Shown here one piece after another: positions 1 through 9,549 of a stretch of DNA of 64,000 nucleotides. The stretch's first letter is position 1; each line of letters begins with the position of its first letter. The notes below the pieces were generated by a model that did not search any database, was not told where the DNA came from, and saw only the letters and a list, made by a program, of their open reading frames with translations. Origin of the DNA: a virus. Both the position numbers and the translations under genes were made by a program. Where the stretch lies: positions 64,001 to 128,000 of IMG/VR virus record IMGVR_UViG_3300048930_000242. One strand, 5' to 3'.

Positions 1-278
1 GACAAGCCGGTGAATGCGTAGGTTCCATCTCCGGCCGATATGGTTTCATCAACCAGCGCGCCGGTTTCTCTGTCATATAGGCGGATCGTCCTAGAGACAG
101 GCCCGAGACCATTGAGAACCAGACCATTAGGAGCGTCGCCACCGATGCGCAGAGAACCAGAAGGGATTCCAATGATCCAAGCAGTGTCAAAAGACGGCGG
201 CAAAGCGGCTTGGCCTACCGGATAATTAGGCGTCCTAATGCTAAGATTTACTTGGACCGAGTCTATGAGAGCTGGCAC
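1..278 (-). CDS. Partial virion structural protein, paralogue of 1657..2031 (absent from ORF track)
   Basis: GTG at 278 and open to the window edge; LRIGGDAPNGLVL..RTIRLYDRETG..DGTYAFTGL aligns with LRIGGDSPDGLVL..RIVDVFTRDT..DGTYNLSGL. Confidence 0.8.
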   Translation of the reverse strand, partial: MPALIDSVQVNLSIRTPNYPVGQAALPPSFDTAWIIGIPSGSLRIGGDAPNGLVLNGLGPVSRTIRLYDRETGALVDETISAGDGTYAFTGL

Positions 279-281
279 CTA

Positions 282-1148
282 TCACTCCCAAATCCATGCC
301 GATCGATTATTGTTGGCATTGGCTCCGCCTTGGGCCGTGTTTCCTGGTCCGGCCGCATCAGAAAGAGATAAGAAAGTTCTAGATGTCACTCCAACTGGGA
401 CCAAACTAAAAGTTGTCTCCGTTCCTATTTCAGCGGCGTAGAATGTCACAAAATATGGAATCACAACTGAATCAGGCACCCCGTAAAAAGCCCTATAGAC
501 CGTAGGGTTACCACTCACTATTGTCGCCGAAAGAGGATGAGGAATCAAACTAAACGAGGTATCAACAGCTTGAAGAACTCCATTAATGAACATTCTTCTT
601 TGAAGAACAATGGTTGTCGCTTGGGTGAAGAAAAACATCACGCCATCGGCAGTTGGAGATCCTGTAGAATTTACAGTTCTTACAACCGCGAAAAACAAAG
701 AAGCGTCTACCGAATATCGACGAAAGGCGCTAAACCAAGCGCATCCATCCACCTTACACGCGAAAAGCGGATAAGTTGAAACTGTAGGGGCAACCGAACT
801 TCCAATCTGAGTTCTAGGAAGGAAAGAAGTGCCGCCTATTGTTCCAGTTCCGTTTGATGAAGATCCAGCGGTCACCCACATAGATGGTCTTCCAGCAGAC
901 CCAGTTCCATACTCAATTTTCAAAATGATCGGATTGGTTCCGTGAAGAGAATCATTGAGATATCTGATTTCATATCCGGCGGCCGTGGATGTTCCTGGAA
1001 TAGTAGTGGTCAACCAATCGATCTGCCCTGTGTCTGCCGTCTTAGTGAGTCCAATTGCGTCAAGCTGAGCAGAAAGAGCGGAACCCCAGACTCGAAACCC
1101 AGCGGTTGAACTATGATCCATCACGGCCGTTCGTGTATCAGTCGTCAT
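282..1148 (-). CDS. Putative tail fibre/baseplate-associated protein, paralogue of 2045..2914
   Basis: Shared N-terminal half (DH.S.AGFR.WGS.LS..L, ADTGQI.W.T, GYEIRYLNDSLH); lies in the baseplate operon. Confidence 0.7.
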   Translation of the reverse strand: MTTDTRTAVMDHSSTAGFRVWGSALSAQLDAIGLTKTADTGQIDWLTTTIPGTSTAAGYEIRYLNDSLHGTNPIILKIEYGTGSAGRPSMWVTAGSSSNGTGTIGGTSFLPRTQIGSSVAPTVSTYPLFACKVDGCAWFSAFRRYSVDASLFFAVVRTVNSTGSPTADGVMFFFTQATTIVLQRRMFINGVLQAVDTSFSLIPHPLSATIVSGNPTVYRAFYGVPDSVVIPYFVTFYAAEIGTETTFSLVPVGVTSRTFLSLSDAAGPGNTAQGGANANNNRSAWIWE

Positions 1149-1156
1149 AAATTTCC

Positions 1157-1684
1157 TTAGAATCTAATTCGAAGAACACCGTTCAGCTGAGGAACCGGTG
1201 TGAAGTTTGTATCCATATCTATGGTGAATGTCAGCGGCACTTGTACAGTCATCTGATCGTATGGAATGAACAACGAGTCCATTGTAACGACCAATGGAAC
1301 TGGAACCGACATCAGTATTGGATTAGAAGCCTCAAACTCGGTGTTAATCGAGGAGGTCAAGTCGATATTGATGTCGATCTGGAGTTCACCAGCTGACAGC
1401 GCATAAATCGATGGAACAAAAATGTCTGTCAAGACGGCAGCCATCTGGCCGCCGTCCGGAGGAACATAAAGGTCGCCGCCAACGTCGGTGAAATCCGGAG
1501 GAATGTATCCAATCAAGAATCCACCGGCGTCTGTGAATGCAGGTGCTGTGTATCCTTCCTCTAGAAGGCCACCGGCATCAGTATACGGAGGCGCCGATCC
1601 GTAGCCGGATATTAACTCGGCACCAACTTTGCTGAACAGAGGAGGAGTATAGAAGCTCACCCAGGCTGAATTCCGGGGAACCAA
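1157..1684 (-). CDS. Putative structural protein with three (Y)xPPxFTDAGG repeats
   Basis: Repeats PPYTDAGG/PAFTDAGG/PDFTDVGG; the true start may lie downstream of 1684. Confidence 0.55.
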   Translation of the reverse strand: MVPRNSAWVSFYTPPLFSKVGAELISGYGSAPPYTDAGGLLEEGYTAPAFTDAGGFLIGYIPPDFTDVGGDLYVPPDGGQMAAVLTDIFVPSIYALSAGELQIDINIDLTSSINTEFEASNPILMSVPVPLVVTMDSLFIPYDQMTVQVPLTFTIDMDTNFTPVPQLNGVLRIRF

Positions 1685-2031
1685 ACATCGCGTTCACCGT
1701 TCGCGACGATTCCTCGAATGCAGACGTCATATCCTTCAGCTCTGGCGAAAAGCCCGGACAGATTATAGGTTCCATCTGGATTTGACATAACTCTCTTCAC
1801 ATGGAGCAAAACCGGAGGATTATTGACTGTATCTCTGGTGAAGACATCTACGATTCTCTGAACAGGAACTCCGTCCAGTAGAACAAGTCCATCTGGAGAA
1901 TCTCCGCCAATTCGAAGAGGTCCATTATTAGACCATTCAACTGTTGCTGGTTCCATGTGAACCGTCAAAGTCGATTGCGTCGGCAGACTAAGAGGGGCCG
2001 AGACGGTATTTTGATAAACGACAACAGCCAT
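1657..2031 (-). CDS. Putative structural protein (DGTY.FxGL beta-sandwich type)
   Basis: Paralogue at 1..278; operon context. Confidence 0.7.
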   Translation of the reverse strand: MAVVVYQNTVSAPLSLPTQSTLTVHMEPATVEWSNNGPLRIGGDSPDGLVLLDGVPVQRIVDVFTRDTVNNPPVLLHVKRVMSNPDGTYNLSGLFARAEGYDVCIRGIVANGERDVWFPGIQPG

Positions 2032-2044
2032 TTGTGTCTATTCC

Positions 2045-2914
2045 TTAACTGCTGTATCTCATAGCGTATCGCAAGACGGAATTTTGGATGCCTAAAGGCG
2101 CATTCGGGCCACCAATACAAACAAATGTTCTTGCGGCTACTCCAACAGGAGTCGCCACGAATGTACTATTGTTTCCAATTTCGTCATCACGGTAGATCAA
2201 AACATTTCCTATCACCCTGGCCTGAGGTTGAAGGCCGATAGTTGGAAATGCTTGAACATCTCCTCCGCCAATAGAAGTGGTGCTACCACCTGTTGGATAG
2301 CAACCGTGCGAAGCGGTTCCGTCATTTATAGACGAGGCAATATACGTAATTCTATTCATTGTGTTTGGAGGTGTGTAATAGTAGAAATGGAAACCTTGAG
2401 AATTTGGGGTTCCATCTGTGGATTCGGTACGACAAAGAAAGAAATGGCCCATATCCCATCCGTCAGTAACTCCGGACCTTTTCAATACCATTCCAAAAAA
2501 TCCCGGAGCTACGCAAACGTGGCTTAGCCTGTTAATCACAGTTGACGCGATCGTGTAATTGTACGTGCAAGTTGTTTGGCCGAGATATGTAGTTCCGCTT
2601 AATGTGCCGGCACCATTTGTGGCCGAGGCGACCCCAACGCTAACAAGAGGCATAGTGGCTGTTCCAGCAGTACGATATTCGATGCGAATGTAACACGGTT
2701 TGGTTGCATGCAGTGAGTCGTTTAGATAGCGAATCTCATAACCACCGAGTGCGTTAATTCCGGGACGAGTCACAGTTGTCCAATTAATTTGGCCTGTATC
2801 AGCAGCCAAGGGCAAGCCAGCCGCTGTTAGTTCGCTGGAAAGTTCCGAACCCCACGCTCTGAATCCAGCATCAGATGTATGATCGATGACCGAATTGAAT
2901 GATCTTGCTGTCAT
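2045..2914 (-). CDS. Putative tail fibre/baseplate-associated protein
   Basis: Paralogue of 282..1148. Confidence 0.7.
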   Translation of the reverse strand: MTARSFNSVIDHTSDAGFRAWGSELSSELTAAGLPLAADTGQINWTTVTRPGINALGGYEIRYLNDSLHATKPCYIRIEYRTAGTATMPLVSVGVASATNGAGTLSGTTYLGQTTCTYNYTIASTVINRLSHVCVAPGFFGMVLKRSGVTDGWDMGHFFLCRTESTDGTPNSQGFHFYYYTPPNTMNRITYIASSINDGTASHGCYPTGGSTTSIGGGDVQAFPTIGLQPQARVIGNVLIYRDDEIGNNSTFVATPVGVAARTFVCIGGPNAPLGIQNSVLRYAMRYSS

Positions 2915-2958
2915 TGTTATCTCCGAAAGTTACGCTGATAATTACTTCGCCACACTAT

Positions 2959-3375
2959 TTAGGCTACCGAGATTGTGCCTGAAACGATATTCACCACACC
3001 ACCAAGGGTGATTGCCGTGGTTGGAAGCTTCAATTCGGCCGCCGAGAGAAGGTCACCGACGTCGATGTCCATCACGAAGTTGCCATCCGAGTCGACCAAC
3101 CGAGCCCATACGGCCGTGCCGGTCGCATTCGCCGAAGGATCTTGGACCGGAAGACGGAGCGTCATCGAGCCACCAGAAGGGTCGGCAAAAGAGCCCGGAG
3201 CGGTGTCAACGAGATCCAACTCGGACAAGAGAGTCTGAGTGGTGATCGCCACGCCGGTGCCAGGCCGTGGAGCATTATAGAGTCTGATCTTACCTGGACC
3301 GGAGCCGGCGTCGATAAGAGAGCGAATACCGGCCAGAGCCGAGTTCTTTACTGATGTAGAGATTCCAACTGTCAT
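2959..3375 (-). CDS. Phage tail/baseplate-associated structural protein
   Basis: GKIRLY, LLSEL, ATGTAVWARLVDSDG motifs typical of small proteobacterial phage tail proteins; follows gp6. Confidence 0.6.
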   Translation of the reverse strand: MTVGISTSVKNSALAGIRSLIDAGSGPGKIRLYNAPRPGTGVAITTQTLLSELDLVDTAPGSFADPSGGSMTLRLPVQDPSANATGTAVWARLVDSDGNFVMDIDVGDLLSAAELKLPTTAITLGGVVNIVSGTISVA

Positions 3376-3387
3376 TTTGCTTTTCCT

Positions 3388-5184
3388 TTAGACCTGTCCA
3401 GTGATTTGATTCTTGTACCAACGCTTCAACGTGATGTTCGTGTTCCGAAGAGTGATCAGATTGTTCTGCTTCGCCACCATGTCCTGATTTGCGCATGCCA
3501 CCGAGAGATTCACGGTGGTGTTGGCCGGAACATCGAAGCGATAATCGAGGTTGACCTCTCCTTTGGCATAATCCACGAAGCCGATAGAGGCCTGCGCGAT
3601 ATTGCCATTCAGAAGTGCGTCCACCCTTCCATTATCTCTGCCAACCAAGGTGAGTGAAGCTCCTGAACCAAGTACCGTGACGGCTTCCGAGGTCAAGGAG
3701 CCCGGCACGATCGGGTTGAAGAACTTGATGGTATACTTCTTCAATTGAGAAGGAACCGGCACGAAGCCTTTGATCATTCTGTAGGTGGTCGAGTTGCCAA
3801 GGATCGAAGCGTTTGAATCATCGATCTCGGAGACCAGATTTGAGAATCTGAATAGACCATTGAACTTGGTGACCACGTCTCCGAAATAGTTGTAGATCGC
3901 TCCGGCAATCGCCTCGTTGATAACCGATTCCGGCTCGAAGGTCCTTTCCTTTTCGTATTCAACCGTGGTGAATACGTCCACGAAGGTGTAATCCGGGTCA
4001 ACAATGTCCGGTACAATGCCAACCACCGAGAACTTGTCCAGCACCTGCTCTCTCATCTGCTGCTTGACGGCCGGCGAAAGACGAGTGCCATCTCTTGGTT
4101 TGACCGAGACCAGCACCTTGCCGTAAAGAGGAGGATCATTGGTCTCTCCACCCCAGACGGTGATTGCCTCGATGAATCCGAATTCACGGAGAAGAAGAGC
4201 CTGATAATCTCCTTCGGTGACCGCTCGGTTCTGAGCGGCATAGGACTTCGGAGCGGTGAACTTAATCGACTCAATGGTCTGCTTGGCCGTGCCATAGGCC
4301 GACTTCTCAATCGTTGTGGTAGAGGCCGCCGAGAGTGGAACCACCAAGAATCCGCCGGCGGCCAGAGTGGCGACCGGAGAAGCCTGAAGAGAGAATGAAG
4401 TGACGCCGTTGGCCTTTGAGCCTACCGTGGTCAGATATTCTACAACCACTTCGGAGCCAATAGCCGGCTTATGGCCGATAATGCCGTCTCCGAAATAGAA
4501 CTCGATTGCTTCGTTTGGTCCTTCCTGGAGAAAGAATGCCTTGGTCTCGTTGGTGATTTCAACGACATTCAGTTCTCGGTAATATGGAGTGTAGGTCGCA
4601 TCGCCGGGCTCTTTCACCTTGACCTTGAAATAGTCGGTCTCGATGTCTTTGTTCGGAATCACAAACCGGTGAACCTCGGTGGTCGAAGGGTAGGTGAATG
4701 TCCGCTTAAGGATTTTGCCTTCATAGATGTCGACAACCGACTTATAGGTGTTGGCTCCGGAAGCGGCTAGCTGAGTGTCCTCTAGCACCACGAAGTCATA
4801 GCCGGTGCCGTCATTGGCTCTGGCCGAGAAGACCGATCCTTCAGGGATGGTCATCGAAGAGACGGTGGAAACCGGAGGAACCCATGTGACCGAGACCTCG
4901 GCCTGCGCTCTGGCGGCCGAGATTTGTCTTGGGAAGTAGCCGAGTTCCTTCGCTCTGGAGACAGCCGAAGTCCGGCGCTGGCAGGAGTCAAGGAAGACCT
5001 CCGTGAGAGCCATATTGGCATGGAGGGCCATATAGTTTGTGGTATAGGCCAGCATATTCAAAAGCATCGAAGCGGCCGACCCTTCGAAATCGAAGTCTTG
5101 GAACTCTTCTGTTTGTCTCAGATAAGACTTCAAATCCTCTCGGATAGAGAGAAAGTCGGCGTTAGAGAAATTGGATGGATTCAT
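3388..5184 (-). CDS. gp6: Baseplate wedge subunit, T4 gp6-like
   Basis: FQDFDFEGS, LAYTT.Y, AKELGYFP, YFGDGIIG, AQNRAVT..DY, VWGGE.NDPP.YGKV. Confidence 0.95.
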   Translation of the reverse strand: MNPSNFSNADFLSIREDLKSYLRQTEEFQDFDFEGSAASMLLNMLAYTTNYMALHANMALTEVFLDSCQRRTSAVSRAKELGYFPRQISAARAQAEVSVTWVPPVSTVSSMTIPEGSVFSARANDGTGYDFVVLEDTQLAASGANTYKSVVDIYEGKILKRTFTYPSTTEVHRFVIPNKDIETDYFKVKVKEPGDATYTPYYRELNVVEITNETKAFFLQEGPNEAIEFYFGDGIIGHKPAIGSEVVVEYLTTVGSKANGVTSFSLQASPVATLAAGGFLVVPLSAASTTTIEKSAYGTAKQTIESIKFTAPKSYAAQNRAVTEGDYQALLLREFGFIEAITVWGGETNDPPLYGKVLVSVKPRDGTRLSPAVKQQMREQVLDKFSVVGIVPDIVDPDYTFVDVFTTVEYEKERTFEPESVINEAIAGAIYNYFGDVVTKFNGLFRFSNLVSEIDDSNASILGNSTTYRMIKGFVPVPSQLKKYTIKFFNPIVPGSLTSEAVTVLGSGASLTLVGRDNGRVDALLNGNIAQASIGFVDYAKGEVNLDYRFDVPANTTVNLSVACANQDMVAKQNNLITLRNTNITLKRWYKNQITGQV

Positions 5185-5598
5185 TTAGCGGGCTCTCTCG
5201 AATGCGAGGTCAATTGTTCTGGTTCCTATCTGACCGACGATGATGTACTGTATCTTCACTCTTACCGTGCCATCCTGATCTTCACCGGCAATCACGTCTT
5301 TCAGCACCACCCTTGGCTCTCCGGTGATAATGGCTCGACCAATCGCTCTTCGGAGAAGGTACTCGGTTTCCCATGAGTAGTTCTCGAAGAGCGAGGAGTT
5401 TACATTTGTGCCTTTACCAACCTCTTTCGGAGATTCATAGAATGAGGTGAGAATCAGATTCCGAATCGATTGCTTGATAGAGCCTTCTGTGTCTTTCACC
5501 ATGATGTCGTTGGTCACAGGGTTCCGGCGAAACGACATATCGAAGTCTCGATATTCGTTCTTTCTTACCGCCTGGAGAACCTGATACGGATTAGACAT
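5185..5598 (-). CDS. gp25: Baseplate wedge subunit, T4 gp25-like
   Basis: YRDFDMSF..NPVTNDI, IKQSIRNLILT..YE.P, EPRV. Confidence 0.93.
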   Translation of the reverse strand: MSNPYQVLQAVRKNEYRDFDMSFRRNPVTNDIMVKDTEGSIKQSIRNLILTSFYESPKEVGKGTNVNSSLFENYSWETEYLLRRAIGRAIITGEPRVVLKDVIAGEDQDGTVRVKIQYIIVGQIGTRTIDLAFERAR

Positions 5599-5617
5599 TA
5601 CTTATGAATCCAAATGG

Positions 5618-7750
5618 TTAGTGAACATGGTCAATGGCCGCATAGGCGAGGTCATGGTTATGATCAATTGCTGCGTAATCAGCATCATGATTATGGACAA
5701 TCGGCGCATAGCGAGTGTCAAAATAAGCTTGAAGAGCGGCTGAATATGCGTCCAAAGATGCTGTATTTGCCGGCCCAGCGAGAGTCAAGAAAGCACCGCC
5801 GCCGGTAGAAATTGTAACAACTCCTAAAGAGGTGAGGTTCACCGTAGTTCCGGACAAAGCAGCCGCCCCGGTGGCCGTCAGATCGATGTCTCCTCCGATC
5901 GAACCTACCATATTGCCGACCGTCTGAATATCTAAAGCACCTCCAGCAATGGCGGTAATGTCTGCGGCGGAATCGATGTCGATATTGGCGACCAATGAGC
6001 GAACTGTAACGCTATTCTGACCTTCAAGGACAAGATCATCGGTAATGAAGTTAAGGTTCGGTGACTCAAGAGTGATTGCCGCTCCTGAGACTCCGACCTC
6101 ACCGGTGCCGCCTGCCGAGATGTCCACGTTCGAGGTCGCCGAAGAGACCGAAACATTCCCACCGGAAGAAGACAAGGCGACAGCCGAGGCCGATTGAAGA
6201 GCTGTGCCTAAAGGATTCGTTGTGGAGAGATTCACTGCTCCAAGAGCGGTGTCGATTCCAAGAGAAGATCCAGAGGCCAGATTCATCAGGCCATTGGCTC
6301 CAAGCGTGGAGAGGCTCATATTGCCGGTCTGGGCGATCATGCTGACGCCTTGCTGGGCGACCGAACTGATCGATCCAGCCAAGGCGGACATGTTGATAGC
6401 ACTCTGAGCCACCGAACTAATCGATCCGGCCAAGGCGCCCATATTGATCGAGCCGAGGCTGGACACGAAGTCCATTCCCTGATTCGCCAGAGCGGAGATC
6501 GCTCCGGTCAAAGACGTCAATGACAGAGCCGACAATGCGGTGCCGACGATAGAGCCGGCGGCCGACAAGAGATTCACATTGCCGCCAAGGGACGAAATGT
6601 CGACAGAGCCGGAGAGCGACTTCGTGGAAATGTCCAGAAGCGCCGTCGCATTGATAGAACCGAGCGGAGCACTCGTATTCACCGATCCGGTCAGTGACGT
6701 CATATTCATCGGCAAAAGCGAGGCCATACTCATGGTATTGGCCGACGCCATCAAGGTCATCGGGCCAATCTCGGATGTCATATGGAAGCTATTCTGGCCT
6801 TTGGCGGTCATATTGATTTCGCCGAAGGCATCGACAATCACATCACCAAGAGCTGACTTAATCTTTACATTGCCTTCTCTGGAGAGCAATCCAAGATTCT
6901 TCTTGGCGGTCAGGTTAAGGTCTTTCTCGGCATAGGCGTGAATATGCCCACGTGCGACCGTAAAGAAGTCTTTCTGGGTCTTCAGCTGGAGCTTACCGTC
7001 TGGGTGAATCTCCATATAGGACTTCGACTTATGCCAGAGGTGCCAGCGCTCGGCATCCTTGGTGTCGTCAAATTCCATCACATGGCCGGACTCGGTCTCG
7101 AAGACATGATTGAATGGATATTTGGCTCCATATGGAATAGCCATCTCATCCCAGAGTGAACCGAAGGCGGTAGGGATTCTCTTCTCTAGATCCTCGCGCT
7201 TTGGCTTGATCAGGGTTTCATCAAGTTTCTCGGCTCTGGCGAGTCTATTCACATCGACTTCGTTAAGCCATTTCTCCTGAGGATACCGACCTTGCGGAAT
7301 GCCTTGCCCAGGATAGCCAGGGTCTCGATTCTCGACCTCGTTGATGTACCTAGGAGTGCCGGCGATTTCACCGGCCGACCGAGGATCGACAAAGCCTTCG
7401 CGGCCGCCTTTATCATCCGGCGGATCTTCCGGCTTGCCACCGATCGAACCAAGGATAAGGAGATCGTTCATGGCCTCGCCATCACGAGCGAAGCCAAACA
7501 CCCATGTGCCTTCTACCAGTCCGAGCGGAGTCTGACCAATACCGTCCATTGCGGCCGATGTGATTGGCCGGATTACGGTAGCCCATGGGAGGTCATCGGT
7601 TGGGATTCCCTGACCGGTCGAGTCGTTGATCTGCTTCTCTTTGGAATGGAGAGCATGAATACGAACTCGAACACGGCCGCGCTTATCTGGGTCTTTCCGG
7701 TCTTCGACAACGCCGGTGAACCACATGAATCCATCTTGACCCATCATCAT
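5618..7750 (-). CDS. gp5: Baseplate central spike, T4 gp5-like (OB fold plus beta-helix, no lysozyme domain)
   Basis: WFTGVVEDR.DP...GRVRVR, DLPWA, GTWVFGF..DG, YPFNHV.ETESGHV.EFDDT; long S/A/G-rich repeat; C-terminal HxH motifs. Confidence 0.92.
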   Translation of the reverse strand: MMMGQDGFMWFTGVVEDRKDPDKRGRVRVRIHALHSKEKQINDSTGQGIPTDDLPWATVIRPITSAAMDGIGQTPLGLVEGTWVFGFARDGEAMNDLLILGSIGGKPEDPPDDKGGREGFVDPRSAGEIAGTPRYINEVENRDPGYPGQGIPQGRYPQEKWLNEVDVNRLARAEKLDETLIKPKREDLEKRIPTAFGSLWDEMAIPYGAKYPFNHVFETESGHVMEFDDTKDAERWHLWHKSKSYMEIHPDGKLQLKTQKDFFTVARGHIHAYAEKDLNLTAKKNLGLLSREGNVKIKSALGDVIVDAFGEINMTAKGQNSFHMTSEIGPMTLMASANTMSMASLLPMNMTSLTGSVNTSAPLGSINATALLDISTKSLSGSVDISSLGGNVNLLSAAGSIVGTALSALSLTSLTGAISALANQGMDFVSSLGSINMGALAGSISSVAQSAINMSALAGSISSVAQQGVSMIAQTGNMSLSTLGANGLMNLASGSSLGIDTALGAVNLSTTNPLGTALQSASAVALSSSGGNVSVSSATSNVDISAGGTGEVGVSGAAITLESPNLNFITDDLVLEGQNSVTVRSLVANIDIDSAADITAIAGGALDIQTVGNMVGSIGGDIDLTATGAAALSGTTVNLTSLGVVTISTGGGAFLTLAGPANTASLDAYSAALQAYFDTRYAPIVHNHDADYAAIDHNHDLAYAAIDHVH

Positions 7751-7763
7751 AGGAATTTCTCTC

Positions 7764-8285
7764 TTATCTGATTTTCACAAGCACACGGTAATGAAGGCGC
7801 TGTATGTTATAGCCTCCAGCAAGAATGGTCTCGATATTGATGAACTTCTTTCCGGAGTTGGTTTCCAATTCAAAGAGGCCGTTGAATCCATCATGAGACC
7901 GATTTATCTTTGCCTCTAAGACCGAGACCACTCCGAGCTTCTGGAGCTGAGCGGCGATCTTGAAGTTTCTCTTTTCGGCCGTCGCCTGCTCATTCTTTCT
8001 GATTCTCTTTTCTACGTCACTGCTCCAACCATATTGGAGCAGTGAATAGTTGCCCTTCCCACCAGAAATCACCCAGAGCTTGTCATAATAAGCCCATTGG
8101 TTTTTCATAGCGAGCTCTCTGTTTGCCGCTTTGAATTCCTTCAGTTTGTCGGCGATTCCTTTGAACCAGTTCACAGAGTCATCTTCGACCTTTTTGTCGA
8201 ATGGTGCGAAGTTCTCTTTTAGAGTCTCTATGATCGACTTTACGACGTCATAGGACTCTGTTACAAATTTCTCGAATGGGAGCAT
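7764..8285 (-). CDS. Hypothetical protein with capsid-targeting-like N-terminus
   Basis: MLPFEKFVTE resembles the T4 internal-protein targeting sequence MKTYQEFIAE. Confidence 0.6.
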   Translation of the reverse strand: MLPFEKFVTESYDVVKSIIETLKENFAPFDKKVEDDSVNWFKGIADKLKEFKAANRELAMKNQWAYYDKLWVISGGKGNYSLLQYGWSSDVEKRIRKNEQATAEKRNFKIAAQLQKLGVVSVLEAKINRSHDGFNGLFELETNSGKKFINIETILAGGYNIQRLHYRVLVKIR

Positions 8286-8295
8286 TTACTTTTCC

Positions 8296-9549
8296 TTAAC
8301 TCTTCAAGCAGTCTTTAGAGATTTCACAAACCATTCGGTGCTGGTCGTTGGTGATGATATGTTTGATTCTGGTGATGATGTACTCGCCGGAGAGTCTCTT
8401 ATCTTCTTCGGAAGAGCCGGCTTTATTGGAGATCAGATTGAACTGGACCTTGTCACCTAGACGAGCGGCCGAGTTACCTTCGGTATCTAGTTCAAGCTTC
8501 CAATTCATCAACGACTGAATCATCGGTCGGCGGCGCTTCATCCAATCGTCGGCATGCTTCGAGTTGTATTCCATTCCGTGGCCTTCTTTCTGCCACGGAC
8601 CATATGAGATCGCCTGCTCCAGAGAAGAAGAGTGATTCTCTCGTTGTTTCACTCCGCCTCCATCTGTATGAACTTGCCCACCAAACTCACCATTATAGAT
8701 GTACTCTTTCTCTTCGATTTTCTTTCTGAGAATATCTTGAGCGATGAACTTATGAGCGAACATACCACCGGAAGAGTTCTGGATGTTATCAAACGACCGA
8801 ATGATCTTGTATTCCTTGGCATTCCAAAGTTTCGCATTGGATCTTGGAGAGTCAATACGAGCCAAGTGATAATCGATGTCCCATTTCTTTCCGGCCTCCA
8901 TTAACTTGTCGATCGAGCAGAACTGATATTTGTCCATTGTCTCGAAGAAGACATAGTTCGAGGCTGGATAGCCGGAGGCGCGCACACAAGATGTCGCCAG
9001 GTAGTTGATGGCGTAAAGCGGACGCCAGCCCGGCATCACGATGTCTCTTGGGAACTTGGTCGCCTCGGCATCTACCTCAACCTCTAGCAGGTTGGAGCAG
9101 ATGTTCTGGACAATCGCGTCCTCCTTGAGGCCCTTGAAGGACCGTCGCAGCCTTTTCTCCATGTTCTTATGGAAGGCCTTACCAGCGAAGTTAAGCTGGT
9201 AGACGCGGGACCTAGACCCGTGTACGGTGCTGAAGCCATCGCATTTGTAGATCCAGAACTCCTTGGTGAAGTCCGCTCTCGGATACTCCGGCGAGGTCTT
9301 GAAAGTGATCGTAATGGTCTCGTCACCGCAGATCGGACCGTCTTCAAAGACGCCGTTCGTGTCCATCATCACCAGAGTGCCGGTCATGAAGTTCTTGAAC
9401 AAGTCCTCATAGATCACCAACGTGATCAGAGCGGATTCCTTGAAGATCTCCCATGAGCCGCCTCTGGTAGATAGGTTCACCGAGTCTATCTGGACCGACT
9501 TTTGCCGACCAGGATAAGTCCGTTCTTCGGCCGAATAAAAATCACTCAT
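8296..9549 (-). CDS. Baseplate hub protein, gp27-like
   Basis: IYEDLF..FMTG.L...D, PICGDE, YVFFET, LSGEYIIT.IKH; between gp53 and gp5. Confidence 0.75.
   Translation of the reverse strand: MSDFYSAEERTYPGRQKSVQIDSVNLSTRGGSWEIFKESALITLVIYEDLFKNFMTGTLVMMDTNGVFEDGPICGDETITITFKTSPEYPRADFTKEFWIYKCDGFSTVHGSRSRVYQLNFAGKAFHKNMEKRLRRSFKGLKEDAIVQNICSNLLEVEVDAEATKFPRDIVMPGWRPLYAINYLATSCVRASGYPASNYVFFETMDKYQFCSIDKLMEAGKKWDIDYHLARIDSPRSNAKLWNAKEYKIIRSFDNIQNSSGGMFAHKFIAQDILRKKIEEKEYIYNGEFGGQVHTDGGGVKQRENHSSSLEQAISYGPWQKEGHGMEYNSKHADDWMKRRRPMIQSLMNWKLELDTEGNSAARLGDKVQFNLISNKAGSSEEDKRLSGEYIITRIKHIITNDQHRMVCEISKDCLKS

Noticed and set aside
282-2914. Diversity-generating retroelement template/variable repeat pair
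   Set aside because: Paralogues diverge at all bases rather than only adenines, and no reverse transcriptase is in the window
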